The translations under genes were made by a program, and so were the position numbers. Below are positions 23,185 through 32,160 of a DNA stretch of 64,000 nucleotides, one piece after another (the first letter of the stretch is position 1; every line of letters starts with the position of its first letter). This DNA is from an uncultured Enterobacteriaceae bacterium. GTDB taxonomy: Bacteria > Pseudomonadota > Gammaproteobacteria > Burkholderiales > UBA3065. The notes below the pieces were generated by a model. That model had not been told where the DNA came from. It did no database searches and saw only the letters and a program-made list of their open reading frames with translations. Location: contig CAZGBK010000004.1 in the NCBI GenBank assembly GCA_964524005.1, positions 62,508 to 126,507 on the forward strand, read 5' to 3'.

Positions 23185-23523
23185 ATGTCGCTTCGCCGGA
23201 TCAGTCTCTTTGCCCTCGCGGCTGCCTTCCTGTTGTTGCAGGACGCGGCGTTCCGCCATGTGCTCTCGCACCTCGGGCTAAGCGAAGAACGTATCGCCTG
23301 GGCCACTGACAACGCCCATCCTGACGACCAGCAAGAGCTGCCTGGGGCCTGCGATGCCCCTGTGCTACACGCGGTTGTCGATGGTTCGCCCCTGGCGCAG
23401 ACGCCGGCGGTCGTGCCACCGGCGTCGCCGCCCGTACGGCATCTGGTAGCGAACCATCCGCGCGCCAGCCAGCCAGCACCCTCTGCCTGTAGCCGAGGCC
23501 CCCCGACCATTTCCCTCGCTTGA
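23185..23523 (+). CDS. Small secreted or membrane-anchored Cys/His-containing protein, possibly DUF2946-like
   Basis: 112 aa with a signal/anchor MSLRRISLFALAAAFLLL, then an H-rich segment, a GACDAPVLH motif and a Pro-rich tail. Third-position GC is high, consistent with coding. Directly upstream of a TonB-dependent receptor. The family assignment is from memory only. Confidence 0.5.
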   Translation: MSLRRISLFALAAAFLLLQDAAFRHVLSHLGLSEERIAWATDNAHPDDQQELPGACDAPVLHAVVDGSPLAQTPAVVPPASPPVRHLVANHPRASQPAPSACSRGPPTISLA

Positions 23524-23529
23524 AGACGC

Positions 23530-23547
23530 GCGGCCATTCGTGGCCGC
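23530..23547 (+). other. GC-rich stem-loop with UUCG tetraloop between the small ORF and the receptor gene
   Basis: GCGGCCA-TTCG-TGGCCGC followed by TTCTGT. Starts 7 nt after the stop at 23523 and ends 37 nt before ATG 23584. Confidence 0.55.
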
Positions 23548-23583
23548 TTCTGTACTGTCGCCGCAAGGCGATCGGAGGGAAAC

Positions 23584-25632
23584 ATGCGGAAGACCATTCT
23601 GGCCGGCCTGGTCGCCGGCCTGCCGGGCGTTATTGCAACGAACGCGCCGGCTCACGAAATCACTCAGCAGGCCAAGCCGGTCGACGTGACCGCTCTACCT
23701 TTCATCGGACACGACGAGTTGCGAGCCGCACAGCCCGTATCGGTGCTGTTCGGCGACCGCCTAGACGAGGTGCGCCACCAGACTCTTGGCGATGCCTTGG
23801 CCAATCTCCCCGGGGTGCAATCATCTGGCTTCGGACCGGGATCGACCCGTCCGATCATCCGCGGCCTCGATGCTGGCCGCGTGCGTGTGCTTGATGCCGG
23901 GCTCGATGCGCTCGATGTATCGACATTCAGCCCGGACCACGCCGTCACCACCGACAACGTCTTTGCCCAGCAGATCGAAGTGATTCGCGGGCCGGCGTCG
24001 GTGCTCTACGGTGGCGCAGCGATCGGTGGCGTGGTCAATGTGGTCAGCAACCGACTGCCCCGCGAAGCCATGGAGGGCATCCATGGACGTCTGGTCAGCC
24101 GTTTCGATTCAGCCACCAGTGGCTGGTTGGGCGGCCTTCAGGTCGATGGTGGTAATGGTCGCATGGCCTACAACGTTCAGCTGTCGGGCCAGCGCGCTGG
24201 TGATGTGCGCGTGCCCGGCGCTGTTTTGGCTGAAGATCCGGCCTTTGCGCGGAATCGGGTGCCAGGGAGCTTCAGCGACAGCAACGAGGGCTCGCTGGGG
24301 ACGTCGTTCACTGGCGACGACGGCTACATTGGTTTTGCCATCAGCCGTACCGAGCGCGACTACGGGGCACCGACACTGCACCTCGCGGACGGCGAGCTCC
24401 CTGTTCGCATCGATCTGCAACGCAACCGCTACGAGACCGCCGGCGAATGGAGACCGGGCGGTCAGGTCGAGCGCATCCGCTTTTCGGCCGCCCACGCCGA
24501 CTACACTCACAACGAGCTTGAACGCGAGGGCAGAGGTCTGCCATTCGAGGTCGCGACCCGCTTTCGCAGTCGCGGCCAAGAGGCACGGGTGGAATTGACG
24601 CTGGCCGACCTGGCCGGCTGGCGCACCGCGTTGGGGCTGAATGGCAACCGACGCGAAGTCTCCACGGGTGGCGAGGAAGGTCTGTTGAATCAGACCGGCG
24701 CAGTCGATTCGACCGGCCGCGGCGTGTTCGCCGTCGCCGAGCGGGATATCGGTGCGCTGCACTTCGAGCTGGGTGGGCGCATCGATCGTGAGTCACGCGA
24801 CCCGGCTACGGGCCGCAGCCGCGACTTCACCCCGACCACCCTGTCGGCCGCTGGACAGTGGAGCTTTACGCCTGGCTATGGCCTAGGCTTGAGCTTGAGT
24901 CGTGCGCAGCGTGCGCCCGGTGTCGAGGAGCTGTACTCGAACGGCGAGCACCACGCGACCGGCACCTTCGATGTTGGTAACGAGAACCTGCGCAAAGAGA
25001 CCGCCTACAACATCGACCTCAGCCTGCGCAAGACCGAGGGCCCGCTGCGCTGGAAGGCATCGGTTTACCGTACCCGCTTCAATGGCTTCATCTACGGGGC
25101 CTTGGGCGGGCCGGTAGAACATGATGAGGACCACGGCGGGGATCACGACGAAGCCCATGGCGATGAACATCACCACGGCGAGTTCATCCTGCAGACCTTT
25201 AGCCAGAACAACGCTACGTTCCATGGTGCCGAGCTCGAAGGGAGTTATCAGCTCAGCGAGCAATGGACGGTCGGTGCTTTCCTCGACCGCACCCACGCGA
25301 GCATCGACAACTACGGGCCAGCGCCGCGAATCCCCCCGCTACGGGTGGGTGGAACAGTGGCCTGGAATAGCGGCAACTGGCGCGCCGATGCGCGCCTGAC
25401 GGTCGCCGACCGCGTCGACCGCTTGGCTGTGAACGAGACGCTGACCAGTGGCTACACGCGCCTCGACGCCGGGGTCGGCTACCGCACTCTGGTGCTTGGC
25501 CAGGCGGCGCAGTTCACCCTGCGTGGCATCAACCTGCTGGACGAGGACATCCGCCTGCACACCAGCTTTTTGAAGGATGGGTTCCCGCTTGCCGGCCGCA
25601 GCGTCCTGGTCGGTGTGAACCTCGATTTCTAG
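23584..25632 (+). CDS. TonB-dependent outer-membrane receptor with His/Asp/Glu-rich loop (ZnuD-like metal receptor candidate)
   Basis: 682 aa with a signal peptide, a plug containing RPIIRGLDAGRVRVLDAG...SPDHAV, a barrel and a terminal NLDF. The insert VEHDEDHGGDHDEAHGDEHHHGE lies at 25114-25182. Shine-Dalgarno GGAGGG. Confidence 0.88.
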   Translation: MRKTILAGLVAGLPGVIATNAPAHEITQQAKPVDVTALPFIGHDELRAAQPVSVLFGDRLDEVRHQTLGDALANLPGVQSSGFGPGSTRPIIRGLDAGRVRVLDAGLDALDVSTFSPDHAVTTDNVFAQQIEVIRGPASVLYGGAAIGGVVNVVSNRLPREAMEGIHGRLVSRFDSATSGWLGGLQVDGGNGRMAYNVQLSGQRAGDVRVPGAVLAEDPAFARNRVPGSFSDSNEGSLGTSFTGDDGYIGFAISRTERDYGAPTLHLADGELPVRIDLQRNRYETAGEWRPGGQVERIRFSAAHADYTHNELEREGRGLPFEVATRFRSRGQEARVELTLADLAGWRTALGLNGNRREVSTGGEEGLLNQTGAVDSTGRGVFAVAERDIGALHFELGGRIDRESRDPATGRSRDFTPTTLSAAGQWSFTPGYGLGLSLSRAQRAPGVEELYSNGEHHATGTFDVGNENLRKETAYNIDLSLRKTEGPLRWKASVYRTRFNGFIYGALGGPVEHDEDHGGDHDEAHGDEHHHGEFILQTFSQNNATFHGAELEGSYQLSEQWTVGAFLDRTHASIDNYGPAPRIPPLRVGGTVAWNSGNWRADARLTVADRVDRLAVNETLTSGYTRLDAGVGYRTLVLGQAAQFTLRGINLLDEDIRLHTSFLKDGFPLAGRSVLVGVNLDF

Positions 25633-26231
25633 CGCTGCAGATCGATCCGATAGAGCACGGTGGCGCCCAGCAGATTGGGCGCTACCGTCACCGGCCGGTT
25701 GGCGGTCAGCACCAGCCGCTCGATGATGCGAACCCCGTGCTGCTCGCAGAACAGTTCGAAGTCTCGCAGCGTGCAGAGATGGATGTTCGGTGTGTCGAAC
25801 CACTGGTAAGGGAGATCGTCCGACACCGGCATGCGTCCCAGCAGCACCTGCAAGCGGTGGCGCCAGTAGCCGAAGTTGGGGAAGCTGACGATGCCCTCAC
25901 GACCGACGCGCAGCATCTCGCGCACGATGCGTTCGGTGTTGTGCATGGCCTGGAGCGTGTGCGACAGAATCACATAGTCGAAGGCCTGGTCGCCAAAACC
26001 CGACAGGCCGCGCTCGAGGTCGCTCTGGATGACATTGATGCCATTCCCGATGGCGCGCGACACGCTGTCGATGTCGATCTCGATGCCGTAGCCCTCGACG
26101 CGCCGCAGGCGTTCGAGCTGCCCGAGCAGGAAGCCGTCGCCGCAGCCGAGGTCGAGCACGCGGCTGCCGTGCGTCACCCAGCGTCCGATGGCCTCGAAAT
26201 CGGCGCGTTGGCGCAGGTCGTTGCGGCTCAT
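25629..26231 (-). CDS. metW: Methionine biosynthesis protein MetW
   Basis: 200 aa with SAM-MTase-like VLDLGCGDG. Overlaps the metX stop. Typical metXW pair. Confidence 0.9.
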   Translation of the reverse strand: MSRNDLRQRADFEAIGRWVTHGSRVLDLGCGDGFLLGQLERLRRVEGYGIEIDIDSVSRAIGNGINVIQSDLERGLSGFGDQAFDYVILSHTLQAMHNTERIVREMLRVGREGIVSFPNFGYWRHRLQVLLGRMPVSDDLPYQWFDTPNIHLCTLRDFELFCEQHGVRIIERLVLTANRPVTVAPNLLGATVLYRIDLQR

Positions 26232-27367
26232 GCCACCTCCCCTGCGATGCGCTCGAAATAGGCCCGCATCACAGCGTGGTAGTGCGGGTCGGTCATCAGG
26301 AAGGCGTCGTGGCCGTTGGGCGAGTCGATCTCGGCATAGGCGACGCGCTGCCGCGCCTCGAGCAGCGCGTCGACGATCTCGCGCGAGCGTTTCGGCGAGA
26401 AACGCCAGTCTGACGTGAAGCTGACTACCAGAAACCCCGCTTCGGCTCGCGCCAGCGCCGCGGCCAGATCGCCGCCGGTCTCGCGCGCCGGATCGAAGTA
26501 GTCCAGCGCTTTGGTCATGATCAGGTAGGTGTTGGCGTCGAAATAGCCCGCGAACTTGTCGCCCTGGTAACGCAGGTAGCTTTCGATCTCGAACTCGACG
26601 TCAAACCCGAATTTCAGGTTGTCGCCGCGCAGCACCCGGCCGAATTTCTCGGCCATCACATCGTCCGACAGGTAGGTGATGTGCCCGAGCATGCGTGCCA
26701 GTCGCAGGCCGCGGGTCGGTACCACACCATGGGCGTAGTAGTGCCCGCCGTGGAAGTCCGGGTCGGTCAGGATGGCTTGTCGAGCGACATCGTTGAAGGC
26801 GATGTTCTGCGCTGTCAGGTAGGGGGCGGCTGCCACCACCACTGCATGCCGTACGCGGTCCGGGTAGGTGATCGACCAGCGTAATGCCTGCATACCGCCC
26901 AGACTGCCGCCGACCACCGCTGCCCAGGTCTGGATGCCCAGCCGGTCGGCCAGCCGCGCCTGGGCATGCACCCAGTCGATCACCGCGACCAGCGGGAAGT
27001 CCGCGCCCCACGGTTTGCCGGTCTTCGGATTGCTGCTTGACGGGCCGGTGGAGCCGTGGCAACCGCCCAGATTGTTCACGCCGACGACAAAGAAGCGATC
27101 GGTATCGATCGGCTTGCCGGGGCCGACCATGTTGTCCCACCAGCCCTGCGATTTCGGATCGTCGGCACTGGCCAGACCCGCCACGTGGTGGTTCCCCGAC
27201 AGGGCGTGGCAGACGAGGATGGCGTTGCTGCGCTCGGTATTGAGCGTGCCGTACGTCTCGTAGACCAGCTCGTAAGCATCGATGACGGCCCCGCTGCGCA
27301 GGGTGAGCGGCGCATCGAAGCGGGCAGTGTGGGGCGTGACCACGCCCAGCGAGCGGGCTGTAGTCAC
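26228..27367 (-). CDS. metX: Homoserine O-acyltransferase (MetX family)
   Basis: 379 aa alpha/beta hydrolase with nucleophile motif [13 protein letters not shown] start. Confidence 0.92.
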   Translation of the reverse strand: MTTARSLGVVTPHTARFDAPLTLRSGAVIDAYELVYETYGTLNTERSNAILVCHALSGNHHVAGLASADDPKSQGWWDNMVGPGKPIDTDRFFVVGVNNLGGCHGSTGPSSSNPKTGKPWGADFPLVAVIDWVHAQARLADRLGIQTWAAVVGGSLGGMQALRWSITYPDRVRHAVVVAAAPYLTAQNIAFNDVARQAILTDPDFHGGHYYAHGVVPTRGLRLARMLGHITYLSDDVMAEKFGRVLRGDNLKFGFDVEFEIESYLRYQGDKFAGYFDANTYLIMTKALDYFDPARETGGDLAAALARAEAGFLVVSFTSDWRFSPKRSREIVDALLEARQRVAYAEIDSPNGHDAFLMTDPHYHAVMRAYFERIAGEVA

Positions 27368-27399
27368 AGTCGGGCGGAGAGACGCGTCATGGTCGGGCG

Positions 27400-27405
27400 A
27401 TTATA
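27400..27405 (-). promoter_or_regulatory. Perfect -10 hexamer TATAAT upstream of metX
   Basis: Minus-strand CATATAAT sits 32 nt upstream of the metX GTG, in the 45-bp ptsI-metX gap. No good -35. Confidence 0.4.
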
Positions 27406-27412
27406 TGCCGGC

Positions 27413-29128
27413 TCAGGCGTTGAGCCGCTCGAGCATGGCCCGCGCCTTGTCTGGGTCGTGTGTATTGACAATGCGCCTTGCCAGTATCTCGGCTTCGCGT
27501 AGGTCGGTCTGCAGCACGCGCTGTTTTACCTCGGGCACATTCGCGGGGTGCATCGAGAATTCGCGCAGCCCCAGCCCGAGCAGCAGCCGTGTCAGGCGCA
27601 TTTCGCCGGCCATCTCGCCACAGACAGCCACCGGTTTACCGGCGCGCTCACCGATCTTCAGCACACTGGCGAGCAGCTGCAGAATCGCTGGGTGTAGCGG
27701 GTCGTACAGGTGCGATACGGCACCGTCGTTGCGGTCGATGGCCAACGTGTACTGGATCAGGTCGTTGGTGCCAACCGACACGAAATCGAGCGCGTCGAGG
27801 AAAGGCTTGAGCATGATCGCGGTGGCCGGCACTTCGACCATGCCGCCGATCGGCATCGATTCGGGGAAGGCGATGCCGTCACGCCGCAGACTGTTGCGCG
27901 CGTCTTCGACGGCGTGCAATGCCTGGCGTAGTTCGGTGATGCTCGACAGCATGGGGATTAGTAGCCGCACGTCGCCAAACTGGCCAGCGCGCAGGATGGC
28001 GCGCAGCTGGGTGCGGAACAGCTGTGGCTCGGCCAGGCACAGGCGGATCGCGCGAAGACCCAGGGCTGGGTTGTCACCCTGATGGGTCAGGCCGGTCAGT
28101 TGCTTGTCGGCGCCGAGGTCGAGCGTTCGGATGATCACCGGCAAGCCGCGCATCTCCTCGGCAACGGCGCGATAGGCCTCGAACTGCTCATCTTCGTCTG
28201 GCAAGCCATTGCGGTCGAGGAAGAGGAACTCGCTGCGGAACAGACCGATCCCCGTAGCTCCGCTAGCCTGTACCTGCTCCATGTCGCCGGGGAGTTCGAT
28301 GTTTGCGTGCAGTTCGATCGGTGTGCCATCGAAGGTCTTGGCTGGCGAGCTGCGCAGACGCGCAAGTTTGCGCCGCTCGATCTGCAGGGCACTGGCGCGC
28401 AGGCGGTATTCGGCCAGCACCTCTTTGTCCGGGTTGACGATGACCACGCCGCCGCCGCCATCGACCACCAGCAGGTCGCGGTCGCGGATCAGCTCGCGGG
28501 CATGCCGCAAGGACACCACCGCCGGCACGTTCAGGCTGCGCGCTAGGATCGCCGTGTGTGAGGTCACGCCACCAAGGTCGGTGAGGAAGGCCTCGAAACG
28601 GTTCTGCTTGAAATGCACGACATCGGCCGGTGACAGGTCGTGGGCGACCAACACCGACTCGGCATGTTTGCGCGGTGCGGCGTTGCTGTGGCCGAGCAGT
28701 TCCTTCAAGACCCGTTCGACCACTTGCTCGATATCGGCACTGCGCTCGCGCAAATAGCTGTCCTCGACGGCCTGGAATTCGGCGACCAGTGCGTCCATCT
28801 GTTGTTTCAGCGCCCATTCGGCATTGCACAGTTGCGAGCGGATGCGCTCCCGCGGGGCATCGGCCAGCGTCGGGTCGTTCAGGATCATCAGGTGCAGATG
28901 CAGGAAGGCGGCGAATTCGGGCGGTGCGCTGGCGGGCACGCGCCCCGCGAGGGCTTGCAGCTCGTCGCGGGTGGCTTGCATGGCGGCGTCGAAGCGTGCG
29001 ACTTCGCTGTCGAGCTTACTCTTTGCGACAGCGTAATGCGGTACCTCGAGCGCAGCGTGCGCCATCAGCTGAGCATGGCCGATGGCAATGCCGGAAGAGA
29101 CGCCGATCCCATGTAACACGAAGCTCAT
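27413..29128 (-). CDS. ptsI: Phosphoenolpyruvate--protein phosphotransferase (PTS enzyme I)
   Basis: Start trimmed to ATG 29128 (MSFVLHGIGVSSGIAIG). Phospho-His motif GGVTSHTAILARSLNVPAVV and a PEP-utilising C-terminal domain. No GAF domain. Confidence 0.92.
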   Translation of the reverse strand: MSFVLHGIGVSSGIAIGHAQLMAHAALEVPHYAVAKSKLDSEVARFDAAMQATRDELQALAGRVPASAPPEFAAFLHLHLMILNDPTLADAPRERIRSQLCNAEWALKQQMDALVAEFQAVEDSYLRERSADIEQVVERVLKELLGHSNAAPRKHAESVLVAHDLSPADVVHFKQNRFEAFLTDLGGVTSHTAILARSLNVPAVVSLRHARELIRDRDLLVVDGGGGVVIVNPDKEVLAEYRLRASALQIERRKLARLRSSPAKTFDGTPIELHANIELPGDMEQVQASGATGIGLFRSEFLFLDRNGLPDEDEQFEAYRAVAEEMRGLPVIIRTLDLGADKQLTGLTHQGDNPALGLRAIRLCLAEPQLFRTQLRAILRAGQFGDVRLLIPMLSSITELRQALHAVEDARNSLRRDGIAFPESMPIGGMVEVPATAIMLKPFLDALDFVSVGTNDLIQYTLAIDRNDGAVSHLYDPLHPAILQLLASVLKIGERAGKPVAVCGEMAGEMRLTRLLLGLGLREFSMHPANVPEVKQRVLQTDLREAEILARRIVNTHDPDKARAMLERLNA

Positions 29129-29134
29129 GCGGCG

Positions 29135-29140
29135 ACTATA
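29135..29140 (-). promoter_or_regulatory. -10-like hexamer TATAGT exactly 6 nt upstream of the ptsI ATG (candidate leaderless promoter)
   Basis: Minus strand TATAGT-cgccgc-ATG(29128). No Shine-Dalgarno. Confidence 0.4.
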
Positions 29141-29154
29141 CGGCAAGCCGGCAG

Positions 29155-29180
29155 CGCCTTGTCGTGACCGCCTTGTCGTG
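29155..29180. repeat. Tandem direct repeat CGCCTTGTCGTG x2 (14-bp period) in the ptsI / parA-like divergent region
   Basis: Exact 12-mers at 29155-29166 and 29169-29180, with a degenerate third copy CTCCTTGTGCCT at 29208-29219. Confidence 0.8.
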
Positions 29181-29228
29181 CCAAGTGGGGCTCGGCTAGC
29201 ATGCCCGCTCCTTGTGCCTGGTTCGCCC

Positions 29229-29993
29229 ATGTCCTGCGTTGCGGTATTCAATCAGAAGGGCGGTGTAGCCAAGACCACGACCACCCTCAATCTCGCCTCG
29301 GCGCTGGCGCGTGCCAGCCGCCCGCCCCTGCTGCTTGACATGGACCCGCAAGCGCACCTGACGCTGGCGGCAACTGCTGGTCAGCCGCCGCTCGATTCGG
29401 CGCGGACCTTGGTCGGGTTCTTTCGTGATCAGGCGACGCTGGCCGAGCTGATCATCGAAACGCGATCGGGCGGCCGGCTGGTGGCGGCGCACGCCGAGTT
29501 GGCGAAGATCGAGTCGCTCTACGGCAGCAACCCGCAGGCGACGTTGGCGCTGAAGAAAGGCCTGCAGACCCTGGCCTGGCCTGGCCCGGTGCTCATCGAT
29601 TGCTGCCCGGCATTGGGGGTGCTGTCGCTCAATGCCCTAATCGCTGCCGATCGCGTGCTGGTGCCGGTATCGGCCGATTACCTGTCGCTACAGTCGGTGA
29701 TCCGCCTGGATGCTGCGCTGACGGCACTCGAGAAGGCGCTCGGCAGGCCCGTCGAGAAGCGCATCGTCATCACCCGCTACGACCGCCGTCGGAAGCTCGC
29801 GCGCCAGGTCGAGCAGGCGCTGCTCGATCGCTATGGCGACCTGGTTTGCCAGACGCGCATCCGCGAATGCGTGGCGCTGGCCGAGAGCCCAGCGCTTGGG
29901 CGCGATATTTTCGCCCACCAACGCAAAGGGGTCGGTGCCGCCGACTACGGAGCACTCGCCTACGAGCTGTGGAAAAGCCGCTTCTTCGGCTGA
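29229..29993 (+). CDS. Orphan ParA/MinD-family ATPase (no adjacent ParB-like partner)
   Basis: Start trimmed to ATG 29229, giving MSCVAVFNQKGGVAKTTTTLNLA (deviant Walker A with signature Lys). 254 aa, paralogous to parA at 6754. Confidence 0.85.
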   Translation: MSCVAVFNQKGGVAKTTTTLNLASALARASRPPLLLDMDPQAHLTLAATAGQPPLDSARTLVGFFRDQATLAELIIETRSGGRLVAAHAELAKIESLYGSNPQATLALKKGLQTLAWPGPVLIDCCPALGVLSLNALIAADRVLVPVSADYLSLQSVIRLDAALTALEKALGRPVEKRIVITRYDRRRKLARQVEQALLDRYGDLVCQTRIRECVALAESPALGRDIFAHQRKGVGAADYGALAYELWKSRFFG

Positions 29994-30039
29994 AACGGGG
30001 CTCGGGCGGTTATCTTTTGCCGGCGCTTTCGACCACGCT

Positions 30040-32154
30040 CTAGGCCGGCTCTAGTTTGGCGTACTCCAGCGCGAGCCACTTCTGGCCGCCCTCGCGGAAG
30101 TGCACCTGCACCCGCGCATCGGCGCCGCGGCCTTCGGTGCCGATCACCACACCCGCGCCGAACTTGGCGTGCTTCACGTTCTGGCCGATGTGGAAGCCGG
30201 TCGCGTTGTCGACGCCGGCCGGGCTGAAAGACGGCCGCTGCACCGCCATCTTGCGGGCGTTGATCGGCGCCAGCAGCTGTTCCGGGATCTCCTCGAGGAA
30301 GCGCGAGGCGATGTTGTAGCGGGTCTGGCCGTGCAGTTGGCGCGACTCGGTATAGCTCAGGGTGAGCTTGCGGCGGGCGCGGGTGATGGCCACATACATG
30401 AGCCGCCGTTCCTCCTCGAGCCCGTCCTCGGTGTTGAACGACTGCTCGTGGGGGAAGAGGCCCTCCTCCAGCCCGGTCATGAACACGGCGTTGAACTCGA
30501 GGCCTTTGGCCGAGTGCACCGTCATCAGCTGCAGCGCCTCGGCGCCCTCGCCGGACTGGTGCTCGCCGGCCTCCAGCGATGCATGGGCGAGGAAGGCGGC
30601 GAGGTCGTTGGTCTCGCCGTCGTTGGCGAACTGTTTGGCGGCCGAGACCAGTTCGTCGAGGTTCTCGACGCGGTCGGCGCCGTCCTTGTCGGCGCGGTAA
30701 TGCGCCTTGAGGCCGCTGGCTTCGATGACGTGGTCGACCGCCTCGTGCAGCGGCAGGTCGCGCAGCTTCTCGCCAAGCACATCGACCAGCGCGACGAAAC
30801 TGGTCAGCGCGGCACCGCCGCGGCCAGCGCCGGCGGATTCGCGGGCAGTCTGCAGCAGCGGCCGGCCATGCGCCGCCTCGGCCAGCGTCTCCAGGCTGCG
30901 GGCGCCGATGCCGCGCGGCGGGAAGTTGACGATGCGCAGGAAGGCGCCGTCGTCCTCAGGCTGCGCGGCGACGCGCAGGTAGGCCAGCGCGTGCTTGATC
31001 TCGGCGCGCTCGAAGAAGCGCAACCCGCCATAGACGCGGTAGGGCATGCCGGCGTTGAACAGGGCCGACTCGATGACGCGCGACTGCGCATTGCTGCGGT
31101 AGAGCACGGCGACGTCGTTCAGCGGCACGCCCTCGCGCTGCAGCGCGCGCGCCTCCTCCACCACGAACGCGGCCTCGTCCAGATCGGACGGTGCGCGGTA
31201 GACGCGGATGCGCTCGCCGGCGCCGGCGTCGGTCCACAGGTTCTTGCCGAGCCGGCCGCGGTTGTTAGCGATCAGCGCGTTGGCGGCCTCCAAGATGTTC
31301 CCCTGGCTGCGGTAGTTCTGTTCCAGCCTGATGACCGTGTCGCCAAAGTCGCGCTGGAACTCGCGCATGTTGCCGACGTCGGCACCGCGGAAGGCGTAGA
31401 TCGACTGGTCGTCGTCGCCCACCGCGAGCACCTTCGCACCAGGGCCGGTGAGCAGTTGCAGCCACTGGTACTGCAGGCGGTTGGTGTCCTGGAACTCGTC
31501 GACCAGGATGTGCGCGAAACGCGACTGGTAGTGCTCGCGCAGGGCGGCGTTGCGGCCGAGCAGTTCGCAGGTGCGCAGTAGCAGTTCGGCAAAGTCGACC
31601 ACGCCCTCCTTCTGGCACTGCGCGTCGTAGGCGGCGTAGATCTCGGCCATGCGCTGGGTGAAGGGGTCGTGCGCCTCGACGCGGCTGGCGCGCAGGCCGC
31701 GCTCCTTGTTGGCGTTGATGAAGTGCTGCGCCTGCTTGGGCGGGAACTTCTCGTCGTCCACGCCCATCGCCTTGATGACGCGCTTGACCACCGACAGCTG
31801 GTCGGCCGAATCGAGGATCTGGAAGGTCGAGGGTAGCTCCGCCTCGCGGTGGTGGGCGCGCAGCAGGCGGTTGCACAGGCCGTGGAAGGTGCCGACCCAC
31901 ATGCCGCGCGTGTTGATCGGCAGCATGGCGGAGATGCGGGTGAGCATCTCGCGCGCGGCCTTGTTGGTGAAGGTGACGGCGAGGATGCCGTGCGGGCTCG
32001 CCTTGTGCGTGGCCACCAGGAAGGCGATGCGGGTGGTGAGCACCCGCGTCTTGCCGCTGCCGGCGCCGGCCAGCACCAGGGCCGAGCTGCCATCGAGCGT
32101 CACTGCCTCGTGTTGGCGCGGGTTGAGTCCATCGAGAATAGCGCCCAGATCCAT
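30040..32154 (-). CDS. uvrD: DNA helicase II (UvrD)
   Basis: 704 aa. The N-terminus MDLGAILDGLNPRQHEAV..LVLAGAGSGKTRVL aligns with UvrD. SF1 helicase motifs throughout. Confidence 0.93.
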   Translation of the reverse strand: MDLGAILDGLNPRQHEAVTLDGSSALVLAGAGSGKTRVLTTRIAFLVATHKASPHGILAVTFTNKAAREMLTRISAMLPINTRGMWVGTFHGLCNRLLRAHHREAELPSTFQILDSADQLSVVKRVIKAMGVDDEKFPPKQAQHFINANKERGLRASRVEAHDPFTQRMAEIYAAYDAQCQKEGVVDFAELLLRTCELLGRNAALREHYQSRFAHILVDEFQDTNRLQYQWLQLLTGPGAKVLAVGDDDQSIYAFRGADVGNMREFQRDFGDTVIRLEQNYRSQGNILEAANALIANNRGRLGKNLWTDAGAGERIRVYRAPSDLDEAAFVVEEARALQREGVPLNDVAVLYRSNAQSRVIESALFNAGMPYRVYGGLRFFERAEIKHALAYLRVAAQPEDDGAFLRIVNFPPRGIGARSLETLAEAAHGRPLLQTARESAGAGRGGAALTSFVALVDVLGEKLRDLPLHEAVDHVIEASGLKAHYRADKDGADRVENLDELVSAAKQFANDGETNDLAAFLAHASLEAGEHQSGEGAEALQLMTVHSAKGLEFNAVFMTGLEEGLFPHEQSFNTEDGLEEERRLMYVAITRARRKLTLSYTESRQLHGQTRYNIASRFLEEIPEQLLAPINARKMAVQRPSFSPAGVDNATGFHIGQNVKHAKFGAGVVIGTEGRGADARVQVHFREGGQKWLALEYAKLEPA

Positions 32155-32160
32155 GCGTGG

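Noticed and set aside
23302-23308. GCCACTG (a conserved cobalamin-riboswitch core element) upstream of a TonB-dependent receptor, suggesting a B12 riboswitch.
   Set aside because: None of the other conserved riboswitch blocks (GGTG.AA.TCC, CCCGCAACTG, the B12 box AGTC.GGA.GACCTGCC) are present in 23185-23583. The region has a well-formed signal-peptide ORF with coding-like third-position GC.
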